A stretch of 64,000 nt of DNA from Eledone cirrhosa. Its lineage: Eukaryota. Below the pieces are notes generated by a model that was not told where the DNA came from, ran no database searches, and saw only the letters and a list, made by a program, of their open reading frames with translations. The stretch covers positions 87,234,001 to 87,298,000 of the forward strand of contig OZ024743.1 of NCBI GenBank assembly GCA_964016885.1. The letters are read 5' to 3'. Of this stretch, positions 1 to 13,299 are shown piece by piece. How positions within the stretch are numbered: position 1 is the stretch's first letter; each line of letters opens with the position of its first letter. A program made the position numbers and the translations under genes.

Positions 1-470
1 TGCTTTAAGCAAGGTAATCTTCTTCCCCTGCAAAGCCAAAATGACGCTATTGCATTTGTCGAAGATGTCGGTGAGGTAGGCGCAGTCTTGCCTCACATCG
101 AGGGTTTTCTTGTACAGTTCTGTGTTGCGTCCTCGCAGAAACTCAATGATAAGAATCGAAGAGTTCAAAGAAGTGAGTAAGGCACTTACCCTTTCAAAGC
201 CACCTCACTTCAGTATGAAGGAGCAACTTGACGAATTCCTCGTCATTATCTTGGCACAGTTGCCAGAAAATTTGTTCATTGAGGGAAATCCGTTTGATAA
301 AATTGATGACATCAATGGCCACCTGCAAGGACTTGCTCAGTGGCTTGCTGAGTTTCTTCGCAGCCAAGTGTTGTCGATGAATGACACAATGAACAGCAAA
401 TACAGATAGATTTTCTCTCTTCAGAAGCCTTATGTTGGCCGACCCATTGCTCTTGCGTCGTCCGTAGCAC
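1..470 (-). mobile_element. hAT (Charlie/Buster, SCAND3/ZBED-like) transposase fragment, degenerate
   Basis: ORF 194..472(-) contains VHCVIHRQHLAAK and LLLHTEVRWL, the CxxH and RW motifs of hAT transposases; interrupted by a stop. Confidence 0.85.
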
Positions 471-477
471 ATGATAC

Positions 478-855
478 AATGTGTGTTGTATGTGGTCTTA
501 GATGTATGTATTACCTGCCTGTGTGTTGCATGTGGTCCTAGATGTATGTATTACCTGCTTATGTATTGCATGTGGTCCTCGCTGTATGTATTACCTGCTT
601 GTGTGTTGTATGTGGTCCTAGATGTTTGTATTACCTGTTTATGTGTTGTATGTGGTCCTAGATGTATGTATTACCTGCCTGTGTGTGCTACTTCCTTATG
701 TGTTGCATGTGCTCCTAGATGTGTGTATTACCTGCTTATGTGTTGTATATGGTCCTAGTGTGTGTATTACCTGCTTATGTGTTGTATGTGGTCCTAGATG
801 TGTGTATTATCTGATTATGTGTTGTATGTGGTCCTAGATTTGTGTGCTACCCGCT
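478..855. repeat. minisatellite, ~39-40 bp unit (gtgttgtatgtggtcctagatgtatgtattacctgctt), ~9 copies
   Basis: tandem units visible directly. Confidence 0.9.
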
Positions 856-1639
856 GTGTTTTTTCTTTTCTTTTTTTATTTGTAATATTATTTATACAAT
901 AGGGAATAAAATAGATTTACATAATGTTAACTCGTTACAGTTGAGTCAATAACTTCAGACATGAAATACATTGTTATCGGTGAAGGAAAGACAAGATTCT
1001 AATTGGCTGCGCTCAAAGTGTCCTTGACTCAGTTGACTGTGGGTTTTTCCATTTTTAGGATCTCAATTATCGGTTAATGTCTAGAGACGCCTGCACACCT
1101 GCAGTCAGACCATAGTTATGCTGTCGGCATTCTCGTTCAAATGCATTCAAACTGTCTCAAAGAATATAAATATGGCTTATAAAACTTACCAAAGTAAAGA
1201 GCCTTCCAGTCCCCACCCCTCCAAACGGCCCCTAACCTCCCCCTTGCTCCCAAACGCCCCCCCCCCCCCCCCCCGAGAACCTTTGGTATATACCAACATT
1301 ACAATAGTATATAATAGCCATCCATAGAATAAAATGCACCCAGTATACTCTGTAAAGTGGCAGAAAATTGGTAGAGTTGTTAAAACATTGGAGAGAATGC
1401 TTTGTGGTATTCGCTTTGACTCTTTGTGCTCTCAGTTCAAATCCTGTCAGGGTCAACTTTGCCTTTTATCCTTTTGAGGTTAATAAAAAAAAAATACCAG
1501 TTCATTAATGGGGTTGATTCTTCCTTTATATCTCTTTCACTCTTTCTATGGAAGACATCAGCTGTGTTCATAGATGGAGAGAGTTGAGCTTTGCCAGGTT
1601 AAAAATGTTCCTATAACTCCATTAGAGTTATGGGTTCAT

Positions 1640-2090
1640 ACATACATATACTCTGTAAAGTGGTAATGATGGTGCCATGATAAAATGCACCCAATACACT
1701 CTGTTAAATGGTAGTACAGGTACCACAATAAAATGCATCCAATACACTGTCAAATGGTAGTGCAGGTATCAATAAAATGCATCCATTACACTGTCAAATG
1801 GTAGTGCAGGTATCACAATAAAATGCATCCAATACACTGTCAAATGGTAGTGCAGGTGCCACAATAAAATGCATCCAATATACGTGTGAAATGGTAGTGC
1901 AGGTACCACAATAAAATGCACCCAATATACTGTGTAAAATGATAATGATGGTGCCATGATAAAATGCTCCCAGTACACTCTGTAAAGTGGTACTGCTGTA
2001 GCTATGATAAAATGTGCCTGGCTTACTCTGTAAAATAGCAGTGTTAGTACCACAGTAAAATACACCAGTATACTCTGTAAAGTGGTTAGC
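1640..2090 (+). repeat. minisatellite, ~41 bp unit resembling the RTE 3'UTR subrepeat
   Basis: repeated aataaaatgcatccaatacactgtcaaatggtagtgcaggt; similar to aaaagcacccagcccacactgtaaagtggt of RTE tails; followed by a diverged tail with (GAT)n near 2190. Confidence 0.75.
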
Positions 2091-2449
2091 ATAAGAAATC
2101 ATGCTATAATATGGAACATATGAGCAAGATATGGTTTCTCAAACCCATGACAACCCATCCAACCCATGCCAGCATGAAAAGCAGATATATGATGATGATG
2201 GTGATTGCTCCTCACAGGTATACTGAGGCTATTGGGATTTACATCATCAACCACTCTTAAAGTGTCAGTAATACTAGGAACATTAAGGGCTGTGGGTTGG
2301 CAGAATCAGTAGAGTGTTGGAAAAAATGCTTTGCAGTATTTGTTCTGGCTCTATATATTCTGAATTAAAATCCAGCTGAGGAAAACTTTACCTTTCGTCC
2401 TTCTTGGGTAGATTAGTACCAGTTAAGTAGTGGGGTTGATTTAAACAAC

Positions 2450-2673
2450 AAAAAAGCACCCAGCCCGGTGGACGTGTAGGTGCCACGGAAAAAGCACCCA
2501 GCACTCACTGTAAATAAGGTTGGTGTTAGGAAGGGCATCCAGCTGTAGAAATCAAGCCAAAATCAGTTCCTGTATGAGCAAGGCATGGTCAGCCAACCAG
2601 ACACTGCCCACAACAGGACAACCCGTCTAACCCATGCTAGCATGGAAGAACGGACGTAAAACGGTGATGATGA
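2450..2673 (+). mobile_element. RTE LINE 3' tail fragment
   Basis: ggtgttaggaagggcatccagctgtag...cccatgctagcatgg...(GAT)n, near-identical to the tails at 12700-12878 and 28900-29100. Confidence 0.85.
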
Positions 2674-2979
2674 GCAACTCCCGACCCCTTCTAAAATTGC
2701 TAGCCTTTGTTTAAAGTAAAATCGTTAGTGTAGTGGATTGGCAGAATTGGTAGTGGATCAGATAAAATGTCATTGAGGTATTTGTTCTGGCTCTTCAAAT
2801 ACCACCAAGGTCAACTTTACCTTTCATTCTTCGATGGTTGATAAAATAAAGCACCAGTTAAGTACTGGGGCTGATTTAATCAACTTTGCCTTCCCGCCAA
2901 ATTTGATGACCTTATGCCTAAATTAAAACTTGTTAAGGGTTCTAAGCAATAAGTTTAATCTGCTTTTGGAAACAATTTT

Positions 2980-3230
2980 TCACACTCAGAGTTGCTAAAC
3001 CATGGAACAAACTACCTGCATCAGTTGTTAGTTGTAGGGACATTGCATCCTTCAAAACTTCCAGGCTTCCCAAAATTCGCTAACCTGATATTCCCCTTCC
3101 ATACACATGCATTCATGTGTGTGTTTGTGTGTAATACACTGTTCACTTTCTTGACTTTTGTACATTATTCTATGTACTATACATGCACCTTTGATGAGTT
3201 GTAGTGCACCTGAGCACTGTACACAATTTT
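2980..3230 (+). mobile_element. CR1-clade LINE 3' end
   Basis: encodes RVAKPWNKLPASVV-like C-terminus and shares the 3'UTR ...gagcactgtacacaat with copies at 9940-10335 and 51650-51930. Confidence 0.65.
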
Positions 3231-3748
3231 CAGGCAGTATCAGTAGAGAGTCGGACGTCATGCTTTCTAGCATAGAGTTACGTCCCTTTAAGTTCTGAGT
3301 TCAAATCCCGCCAAGGTTAACTTTGCCTTTCATCCTTACGAGGTCGATAAAATAAAGTACCAGTAATGTACTGAGATAATTGCTGGCCTTGTGTCAAAAG
3401 TAGAAACAATTATTAACATTATAAATTCTGCTGAGCCAATGCACTAAGCACTTTGCTCAAGGACAACATAGGATAGCAAATTAGAACAGAGAAAGGGTAA
3501 GTGTGTGTGTCTCCCCATGTCTGTGTTTATGTTTACTATTTGTTTATGTCTTGCAACTTAATGGTTCTACAAAAAAAGAAGTTGAATTAATAAGTATTTA
3601 ATTACTAATGGGATACTAATGGGATAGTGGTCGATATGAACAAGGTCCCTCCAAAGTGGTACTCTAGGATGGTCACAATCTAATGAATACAAGTAAAATA
3701 AATAAATAACATAAAATAAAATCAGAAAAATATGATATTGAAACTTAC

Positions 3749-3937
3749 AAGAGCTAAAAAAGATGCAGACAGCCCAACAGTCTTGAGAAATTTTGCCCAC
3801 CATGTCCACTGTGTGGCTCTCTTCCCACTTTGTCTTAAAGGTAGGATCGGTTTGTCATGGTTCACTTCAAATATCTCTTCTTCATCATCATCAAGGATTG
3901 ATGCAGATATGGCATCAGATTCTTCATCATTCATCAT
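3749..3937 (-). CDS. first coding exon of an MFSD4/NAGLT1-like major facilitator (sodium-dependent glucose transporter 1-like); rest of gene lies left of the window
   Basis: exon 3749-3961 bounded by tttcag| acceptor and |gtaagt donor; MMNDEESD...WWAKFLKTVGLSASFLAL resembles the MFSD4-family acidic N-tail and start of TM1; phase-0 donor; family call from memory of the motif. Confidence 0.65.
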
Positions 3938-4155
3938 GATGCCATATTTAATTAACGTCACCTGAAATTAGAATTTACAGGGATGTGAGTCTTGTATTAT
4001 TGCTGTAAAGTATATACATATATAAGTACATCATGAAGCCATATTTATTCAGGGTAACCTGTAAATTGAATTTAGAGGAGTGTGGTTCCTGAATTATTGT
4101 TGTAAATTACATACATACAAGCATACATACACACAGATATAAATTCATATACATA

Positions 4156-5047
4156 CAGGGTGTGGACGATATTTGTTCGCAATTTTCAACTGCTAATTTT
4201 ATGCAAATTTTTTTTACTTCCGTTGTCACTCTTGTCTTCATAAAAACAGTGACTATATTTCCATTATTTATTTTCAGAATAATTGATTTTGAATAATTTT
4301 GAATCCTCCAAATTTGTGGAAGAGACACGGAGTTCTTCTTGGAATCCGCGCCGGGAGGACAAATAAGGACCAGAAGATCAACTCCCAGAACAACAGGTGG
4401 CTTGCTGTCTCATCCAAAGACGTGCCCAGAGTCATGCAGACAAAGTTTCCAGCGACAACATTGGTCTTAGGTGGTCAGCAGTCAAGGTGACGTCATGCCA
4501 CCTCCCTTTTTCCTTGAGGGCCTCAAGCTGAACACCGAAGGCTACATCTGCGTTCTGAGCGAGGTAGTAAAGGCCTGGATCGACCAGGTAGCTGCCGGTA
4601 GGCCATACGTGTGGCAGCAAGACTCAGCGCCCTGCCATACCAGCCGAAAGACCCAAGCCTGGCTGTCAGAGAACTTCGTCAACCACACTTCACCTGACAT
4701 CTGGCTTCCCAGCTCACCTGATTGCAACCCCCTCGACTTCTTTGTGTGGGGCGCAGTGGAACGAGACACCAACAGATTTAGCTGCAATACGAAAGACGAT
4801 CTGAAGGCTAGGATCACAAGTGCCTTTAGGGGCCTAAGTCGGGGGAATGTGACGAAGGGCTGTAGCCGGTTCTGAGGCCACCTTGAGGCCGTCATCAAAG
4901 CCAATGGCGGGTTTATCGAGTGAGATCGAAAGAACAAGTCATGAAGACAAACTGACTCAAGTTTGATAAATATATCTTAAAAAATAAAACTACTGTGTTA
5001 ATTTTTCCTAGACAGTAATCTTGCGAACAAATATCGTCCGCACCCTG
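4156..5047 (+). mobile_element. Tc1/mariner DD37D (maT-type) element, internally deleted
   Basis: 27-bp TIRs cagggtg(t/c)ggacgatatttgttcgcaa at 4156-4182 and 5021-5047, TA on both sides; QQDSAPCH...SPDCNPLD with 37 residues between the Asp residues; DNA-binding region missing. Confidence 0.92.
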
Positions 5048-5139
5048 TATATATGCGTGTGTGTGCTGATACCCATCCTTTTCTGTTCAGACGTTATGTA
5101 TACCCAATTATTAGACCATATTATTTAGTCAATGTTAGA

Positions 5140-5332
5140 GGGCGGTGGATTGGCAGTATCGGTAGAGGGTCAGACGCCATGCTTTGACGTATAGAGTTAT
5201 GGCCCTTGCCATTCTGAGTTCAAATCTCGCCTAGGTTAACTTTGCCTTTCATCCTTACGGGGTCGATAAAATAAAGTACCAGTAATGCACTGGGTAATTG
5301 CTGGCCTTGTGTCAAACGTAGAAACAATTATT
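5140..5332 (+). mobile_element. tRNA-derived SINE with Meta-like central domain; other copies at ~1356-1520, 2290-2445, 2730-2930, 3237-3415, 9735-9918(-), 11904-12090, 22133-22319(-), 25577-25793, 40108-40280(-), 53720-53892(-), 56275-56485, 62445-62560, 63900-64000(-)
   Basis: A-box-like tggcagtatcgg, B-box gagttcaaatc, conserved gcctttcatccttacggggtcgataaaataaagtacc; the 25577 copy has a 16-bp TSD attattaattatttca. Confidence 0.85.
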
Positions 5333-5769
5333 TAGTCAATGTTACAGTGAAACTTCTATTTCTATTATATATATTAAGTGGTCGTGTAGGCGACATGGTA
5401 AAAAGCACCCAGCACACACTGTAAATGTTTGGCATTAGGAAGGGCATCTGGCTGTAGAAACCAGACCAAAATCAGTGAGCAAATCACAGTCCCCCGACCT
5501 GATCCCTCCAAATGGACAGCCCGTCCAAAACATGCTAGCGTGGAAGATGGACGTTAAACGATAATGATGATGATGAGAGAGAGAGAGAGAGAGATTATAG
5601 TTGTAATTGATTTCCGTTATTTGAATATGTATAACTTGAAATCAAGGACTGTGTCAACATACAGTGGTTTTTGACTCAACATGTCAGTTACATAATAAAT
5701 ATTAATCCTACAATTGTGAAATTGGTGTAATTATGTGATTTATTAATTTATATATATAATATCTATGTA

Positions 5770-6245
5770 AGTAAAAGGTAAACAGAAATAACAACACAAT
5801 CAGTTCAGTATATGGAAGGAATATATTAGGTTAACGCTTGATATAGCAGGAAGAGGGTCTTAACGTTTCAGACACTATTGAAAAGAAGACCAAAGACCAA
5901 ATTATATTATATTTTAAAAACTATACACAGTCCCTTATACACACTACCACACCCTTGTCATCCCACCACCACCCACCCGACCTATACACCCCTCTTATTT
6001 TCACATTTGAAAAATTTTGTTTTCTATATCTATTTTTATTTTTCCCTTCATACTGTGTTCTTTACTTGTTAACTTTCCTCCTTACAACCCACCTTTCTCC
6101 CTCTCGGAGTTCCTGTTCTTCCCCTATCTTAACTTTCCTGGTGAAGGACTTAAGCCCAAAACGTCCAAACCTCCTCCACTTCCACCAAACGTAAACCTAA
6201 TACAACTGAGTACAATTGCCTCCTGTATTTTGTTTGTTCTTTTCA
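5770..6245. mobile_element. degenerate Penelope-like pLTR pieces in opposite orientation with a decayed hammerhead motif
   Basis: 5770-5870 matches 24295-24395; ctggtgaaggacttaagcccaaaacgtc at 6138-6165 is a mutated CTGATGA..CGAAACGTC; ends at (TA)n. Confidence 0.55.
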
Positions 6246-6424
6246 TATATATATATATAATCATCATCAACATTTAACATCTATCTTCCACGCTAGCATA
6301 GGTTAGACAGGAATTGTCCCACTTGAGGCAAGAATGATCGGGTGACCATGTTCACTCATATAGGACTGTATCTGGCAGGTTTTCAATGGCTGGATGTCCT
6401 TCCTAACACCAATATTATATATAC

Positions 6425-8210
6425 AGAATTCGGGGAAATGGCCTTGCTCAGTATGTAGGAAAGGTGTAGGTAGAAACTCCATGTACACAAGAGATGTAGT
6501 GGGATCTCAGAAAGTTTAGTTAAGAATGTAGGCTTTACATGTAGCAGTTGCACCAGAACAGTAAGCAGCAAACTACCACAGGAAACAAGTGCTACCAAAT
6601 TCTGGGAGGACTGTAGAAACAGTAGACAGCTTCTGATACTAAGGTGACCGAATTAGCAGTGGTGGTGGGTGTTCTGAAAGTACAGTAGCCAGAATAAGAA
6701 CGGGATGGAAGAAGTTCAGGGACCTACTACCAATGCTGGCTACAAAAGGTTTTTCCCTCAAAATGAAAGGCAGACTGTATGATGCATGAATACATACAGC
6801 TATGTTACATGGTAGTGAGACCTGGGCGCTGTGTGCAGAAGACTTGCATAGATTAGAAAGAAATGAGGCTTGCATGCTCTGATGGATGTGTAATAGTAAT
6901 ATATGAGAATGGTGGAGCATAAATGAACTGAAAGAGAATCTAGGAATAAGAAGAATCAAATGCTGTGCGCAGGAGAGGAGATTATGTTGTTATGGACATG
7001 TGATGCATATGAAGGATGACAGCTGCATAAAAAGGTGCAGAGCGCTCAAAGTCGATGGAAGCCTTGGAGTGGGGAGACTCAGGAAAACTTGGGATAAGGT
7101 GATAAAAGCCGACCTTGCCCAACTGCACCTCTCAAAGTCGATGACACATGACCGGGATCTCTGGCGATATGCCGTAATATAGAAGACCCGACTTCTGATG
7201 GGCACAAACTGAAGCATATGTACAGTATGCCCCAACCCACCCTCTCATACACTCCCATGAGGACAGGCCGAAGTAAATACATCCAGTGAAGCCTCCAGCC
7301 CTCACCGTAAAGTGGTCGTGATGGTGACATGGTGAAAAGTGCCCAGCCCACACTGTAAAGTGGTTGTTTAGGTGTCACGACAAAAACATCCAGTCCACAC
7401 TACAAAGTGGTCGTGTAGGCATCACTACAAAAAGCACCCAGTACTCACTGTAAATGAGGTTGGCATTAGGAAGGGCTTCCAGCTGTAGAAACCAAGCCAG
7501 AATCAATCCTATTTGAGCAAGACATGGTCACTTCACTTGACCTAGCATTTCCCAAAACAGGACAACTTGTCTAACTCATGCTGGCGTAGAAATGGACGTA
7601 AAATGGTGGTGATGATGATATATGTAAGGTGGCCGTGTAGGAGACACGGTGAAAAGGCTCCCATTCCACACTGTAAATGTAGTTGGTGTTAGGAAGGGCA
7701 TCCAGCTGTAAAAAAAACCTGCCAGAGATGCTTCCATGCAAGCGAGACATTGTCTGCCGACCATTCCAGCATCAAGTGGAACAAAACCATCTAACCCATG
7801 CTAGTGTGGAAGATGGACGTTAAACGATGATGATGATGCACAAGTATATACATATGTGTATCATTATCATGATATATGTATGTTATGTTGGTACCACAAA
7901 ACATCCAGCCAGTGGTCATGTAGGTGTCACAACAAAAAGCACCCAGCCTACACTGTAATGTGGTCTGTAGGTGTCATGACAAAAAGCACCCAGCCCACAC
8001 TGTAATGTGGTCATGTAGCTGTCACGACAAAAAGCACCCAGCACACACTGTAAATGTGGTTGGCGCTAGGAAGGGGATCCAGCAGTAGGAAACCAGCCAG
8101 AAACAGTCCTATTTATGTGAGACATGGTCACTCGACCCAACTTGCCTCTTAATGGAACAAACCTGTCTAACCCATGCTAGAGTGGAAGATAGACGTTAAA
8201 CAATGATGAT
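6425..8210 (+). mobile_element. decayed RTE LINE 3' portion followed by stacked RTE tails
   Basis: homologous to the C-terminus of ORF 45033..47897 with stops and deletions; three successive (GAT)n tails near 7615, 7835 and 8210. Confidence 0.85.
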
Positions 8211-8327
8211 GAAACATATAAACTAGTGTCCAAAATATTAAGACTCTCTTCCAGCTATTTCAAGCGTTAAACTAATATAATTCGTCCATGTACTGTGCCA
8301 TTTGTTTTGTTATTTCTGTTTACTATT

Positions 8328-8377
<50 letters not shown>

Positions 8378-8964
8378 TCAAACAATCATGATAAAAAGTT
8401 GGTATCAGATACAAACGGTAAATATCTTCAAAGTATTCTACAAATTAAATATAAACAGAGCAGTAAAAATATTAACAAACTTTCTAAGGTTTAGAACAGT
8501 CATGAGCAAACAGCAGCCAATATAGCCTTCTGAATAACATGCCTAACGCCGTCCTAACACACAAGTCTTGGGCAATTTAAACCTGGAGGAGATGGCTCAT
8601 CCACACCAGAAAACCAAAGGAAGGAATGAAAGAAAGAAAGAGGTAGGAAGAAGCAATCCCAGTACTGTACAGGTACTTTATTCAAGGACCTGGAAAGGAT
8701 GAAAATAAAGTTGACCTCGTCAGGATTTGAACTCTGAGTCAATGAGCCAATGCAGGTTCAATCTGCCCGTTTAATGACTGTCATTTCCACCTTATCTACA
8801 TATGTACTAAAGGAATATATAATACAATGATATCAATGCAAAACACACTTCAAGATACTGTGTTTGCACTAGCATTTATATATATATTTAGTATAAATAA
8901 AGTTACATACATTTAACATGTATGCACTTACATGTTAAATATAAGAAACTTTATTTATACTAAA

Positions 8965-9641
8965 CTAGCTGGGGTACCCGGCTTCACCCAGGAGAACACT
9001 TAAGAGAAGACGGATAAAAGAGAAAATGACTGTATTGGATGTGTTGTCTGGTATGAGGTGAGACCGTAATGTGTGTGTGTGTGTGAGAGAGACATAAAAA
9101 GACAATCATAAAACTTCCTTATTAGGCTGGGGGAGTAAACTACCGATTAAATGGTAGCATTGGCCTTGGATTTTAAATGTTGTGAAATAACCATAGTCAG
9201 TATGATCTTTTTCAGTTCCAAAGGACGTCATCTAAAACACAGCAATATACCGCATAACATTGCTTCTGAAGTGTTTAGCTTCGTTAGTACGGTCTGTAAG
9301 TAGTATATGGATAAAAGCTGGAGAGTAGATTAATTTCAAATAATATCAATTTTTCTTTGTTCTGTAAAATGAACGACTGTAAAACTACTTTATAAAAGCT
9401 AACGCAATATTGTTAAACCTTCCTTTCGATCAAAGGATTTATAGTTTAAGTTGTTTCTAGACTTTCGTAGGAAGTTACTCTCTCTCTAAATATCAAACAC
9501 TTTAATTGTATCTGTCTCTGTATAACGGCCTATCTCTCTCTTTCTGCCTCTCCCTCTGTGTCTATCTCTCTTTAGATATATGTGTAGTTTTCGTGTGATT
9601 CAACCAGCCAATAAACATCTTTCTTTTATATTATATATAGA
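8965..9641 (-). mobile_element. non-autonomous Helitron
   Basis: minus strand reads A|TCTATATA...subterminal GC-rich hairpin region...CTAG|T; 3' end similar to 26385-26952. Confidence 0.65.
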
Positions 9642-9939
9642 TAAGCTTTCTTGCAATAGGTTGAGCAGTGTTTTCCTTGACCTTTTATAATGACAATTGT
9701 TTCTACTTTTGGCACAAGGCCATCTTTTATAATAATTGTTTCTACTTTTGGCACAAGGCCAGCAATTACCCAGTGCATTACTGGTACTTTATTTTATCGA
9801 CCCCGTAAGGATGAAAGGCAAAGTCAACCTCGGCGGGATTTGAACTCAGATCGTAAAGGGACGTAACTATGCTGGAAAGCATGGCGTCCGACCCTCTACC
9901 GATACTGCCAATCCGCCATCTTTTATAATAATAATGAAA

Positions 9940-10335
9940 ATTATTGTGTACAGTGCTCAGGTGCACTACAATTCATCAAGGTGCATGTATAGTACATAAA
10001 ATAATGTACAAATGTCAGGAGAGTGAACAGTGTATGAGACATGATATATATGTGTGCGTGTGTATGGAGTGGAGATATCAGGTGTGGTGTTGGCAAATTT
10101 CAGGAAGCAGTGTCCCAGCAGCTAACAACTGATGCAGGTGGTTTGTTCCATGCTTCAGCAACTCTGAAAAATGTTTCCAAAAGTCGTGGGAGCTATACTG
10201 TTTTCTGATTTTGTAAGCATGTCCATGGATGTTAGACACATGGAATTCAAAAAGGTGCTCAGGGTTGTTGTTGGAAAGATGGTTAATAATTTTGTGGGTG
10301 TCTACCAAGTCAGTTGCCAGCCGTGGGATATCCTG
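9940..10335 (-). mobile_element. CR1-clade LINE 3' end
   Basis: ORF 10078..10338 with DLVDTHKII...HGHAYKIRK, typical of the CR1 ORF2 C-terminus; 3'UTR shared with the 2980 and 51650 copies. Confidence 0.7.
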
Positions 10336-10829
10336 CATATTTATGTGTGTGTGTATCCAACTTCATTTTAAATTTCACTTAATTTGATCGCATCTTGAAA
10401 GAGATGGTCATGCCAAAAATGAGTTGAACTGTTAATATAAATATTCTTAACTTCCACATTAAGTGATGTTTGCTTCTTCCTTTATTTTGTACTCAAGCTT
10501 GAATATATCTATGTATATACACACACATATATTGTGTGTGTGTGTGTGTGTGTGTTTGAGTCCCGGATTCAATAGGGGGGACCACAGTAAGTAAGGTACT
10601 CAATACATTAGTAGAGTGTAAACATCAAATTTAATATAGAAATGGCTTCTACAAGACTAGAACTGTTTCATATAGACACACACATACAAGGAAAGAGATA
10701 AAGTAAAAGAACTGTGAAAGAAACCGAGCTTACACAAGAAGCAGGCAAAGGAACTGATGTTAGTAACGAAGCCATACATATTTCTACAACGGTGACAACA
10801 GTAATAATAATGCTATTTTCTTTTGATCA

Positions 10830-11101
10830 GGCACTGTGAGAACAAAATCGACGATGATAAGAAAGATAATTATTTACGTAGGCACAAGGCCACAGATCGG
10901 TATTGTTTCGATTTATGATGATAAAGAATTTTTCAATTTTGTGACGTAGAAAGCGTTCCTCCCCACCGCCACCGTGAATGACAGAAACAACGCCGCATGT
11001 GAAGTGATTCCAACAAGGAATCGAAACCGTATCGCATACATAATGATGCGAGAGGGTCACATGCGCGCACACAAACACATATTTATACATATAATTACAT
11101 A

Positions 11102-11151
<50 letters not shown>

Positions 11152-11631
11152 AACACGGGTATATGTGGGTCTAACGAGAGGCCAGTTCTAGAACCGTTAC
11201 TCCACTATACAGTGGTAGCCATAACTAGAACCCGAAACCTAGGGTCGCACATGATCTTTAATATGAACTACACACACACACACACATATATAAATATATA
11301 TATATAGGATAGTTATATTATAAAGAGTCCAGGCCCGACGGCTGAGCTCTTGCCGTTTATATATATAGAGATAGATAGATAGATAGATATACAGACTCAA
11401 AAAATAAAATGTACTCATTAAGTGATCCTTCGGTTAATGTTTGAATGTTTTAAATATTATGGTATTTTAATTGCCCGTACTAATGTATATATATATTATA
11501 AGGCGTATATGTGTACGTAATATCTATTTTAAATAAATACCTTTCTATATTTACCAATTACTTACTTCAACTCTTGTAACTGTGGAAATCGAAGAATTCA
11601 GACCAGGTGAATGTAGATATTATATTTAATC

Positions 11632-11662
<31 letters not shown>

Positions 11663-11905
11663 TATATATATATATATATATTATATCGTAGATCCTGTTT
11701 CTGTTATTTTAGTAAATGTCTTTTCAGGTTTCAGCGACTGATAAGTGAAAGATTAAAAAGAAAGAAAGAAGTAAGGCATTACTACTACTCGTGTATGTTA
11801 TGTATATATGTATATACACAGAGAAAGGCGTGTATTCGCGAGTTTCTTTGAGGTAGAGCAAAAATACCGGATGTTCGGGATGAAACATATAACCACTTCC
11901 GTCTG
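10830..11905 (-). promoter_or_regulatory. candidate promoter and 5'UTR exon of the MFSD4-like gene
   Basis: locally CpG-rich unique sequence; ETS-like motifs accggatgt (11866-11874) and cacttccg (11894-11901); minus-strand donor gtaagt near 11560-11565. Confidence 0.35.
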
Positions 11906-12177
11906 GATTGGCAGTATCGGTAGAGAGTCGGACGCCATGCTTTGACGCATAGAGTTACGGCCCTTGCCATTCTGAGTTCAAATCCCGCCGAAGTTAACTT
12001 TGCCTTTCATCCTTACTTAGTCGATAAAATAAAGTACCAGTGATATACTGGAGTAATTGCTGGCCTTGTGCCGATAGTAGGAACAATTATTTGTTGTCAT
12101 TTTCATAGTTAAATGCCCCGTTTCTTCTTTTTTTAAAATAATATTTGTATTTTAAAAAGTTGTTTTGTTAGGTATAA

Positions 12178-12935
12178 AATGAAAGGCAGACTGTATGATG
12201 CGTGTATCCGAACAGCAATGTTACATGGTAGTGAGACCTGGGCGCTGAAGGTGGAAGACTTACGTAGATTAGAGAGAAACGAAGCCTGCATGCTCCGATG
12301 GATGTGTAATAGTAATATACGCGAACGACAAAGCATAAATGAATTGAGAGAGAGACTGAGCATAAGAGGAATCAAATGCTGTGTGCAGGAGAGGCGGTTG
12401 CGTTGGTATGGACATGTGATGCGTATGAAGGATGACAGCTGCATAAAAAGGTGCAGAGCACTAGAAGTCGATGGAAACCGCGGAGTGGGGAGACCCAAGA
12501 TGACCTGGGATGAGGTGATAAAAGCCGACCTTACCCAATTACACCTCTCCAAGGTGATGACACACGACCGTGAACTCTGGCATCACGCAGTAATACAGAG
12601 TACCCGACCTCCCGTGGGTACAAGCTGAAGCATATAGACAATATTCCCCCACACCCTCCCACTGCAAGGTGGTCGTGGAGGTGCCACAGCAAAAAAGCAC
12701 CCAGCTTTACTGTAAATGAGGTTGGTGTTAGGAAGGGCATCCAGCTGTAGAAATCAAGCCAAATCAGTTCCTGTGTGAGCAAGGCATTGTCAGCCGACAA
12801 GACACTGCCCACAACAGGACAACCCGTCTAACCCATGCTAGCGTGGAAGAACGGACGTAAAATGGTGATGATGATGATGGTCATGAACCCAACCTAGCGT
12901 GGAAAATGGACGTGAAACGAGGATGATGATGATGA
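12178..12935 (+). mobile_element. 5'-truncated RTE LINE
   Basis: ORF 12179..12628 is the RTE ORF C-terminus (LRWYGHVMRM, GRPKMTW), then 3'UTR and (GAT)n tail. Confidence 0.92.
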
Positions 12936-13238
12936 TATATATATATATATATATGTTTTATCCCATTGGCACATCCATGACACACCTAGACCCTCCACTT
13001 TGGCCCCTACTCCAGAATGCCAAACCATTCACCTACCACCCCGAAACTAACAATCGTTTCTTAATCTTTACCAAACTTTCATGTACCTACCTCTTCTCTC
13101 CCTATCAAAGTCTCCTTTTCCTGGTGAAAGACTTCTGTCAAAAATGTAGAATCCTCCTCTACTTCCTATAAGTGTGAGCCTAATAACACTTTGTATTTTG
13201 GCATCACTGTGTGTTTTGTTTTATTTGTTCAACTATAA

Positions 13239-13272
<34 letters not shown>

Positions 13273-13299
13273 GTATATACATATATACACCCACATATC

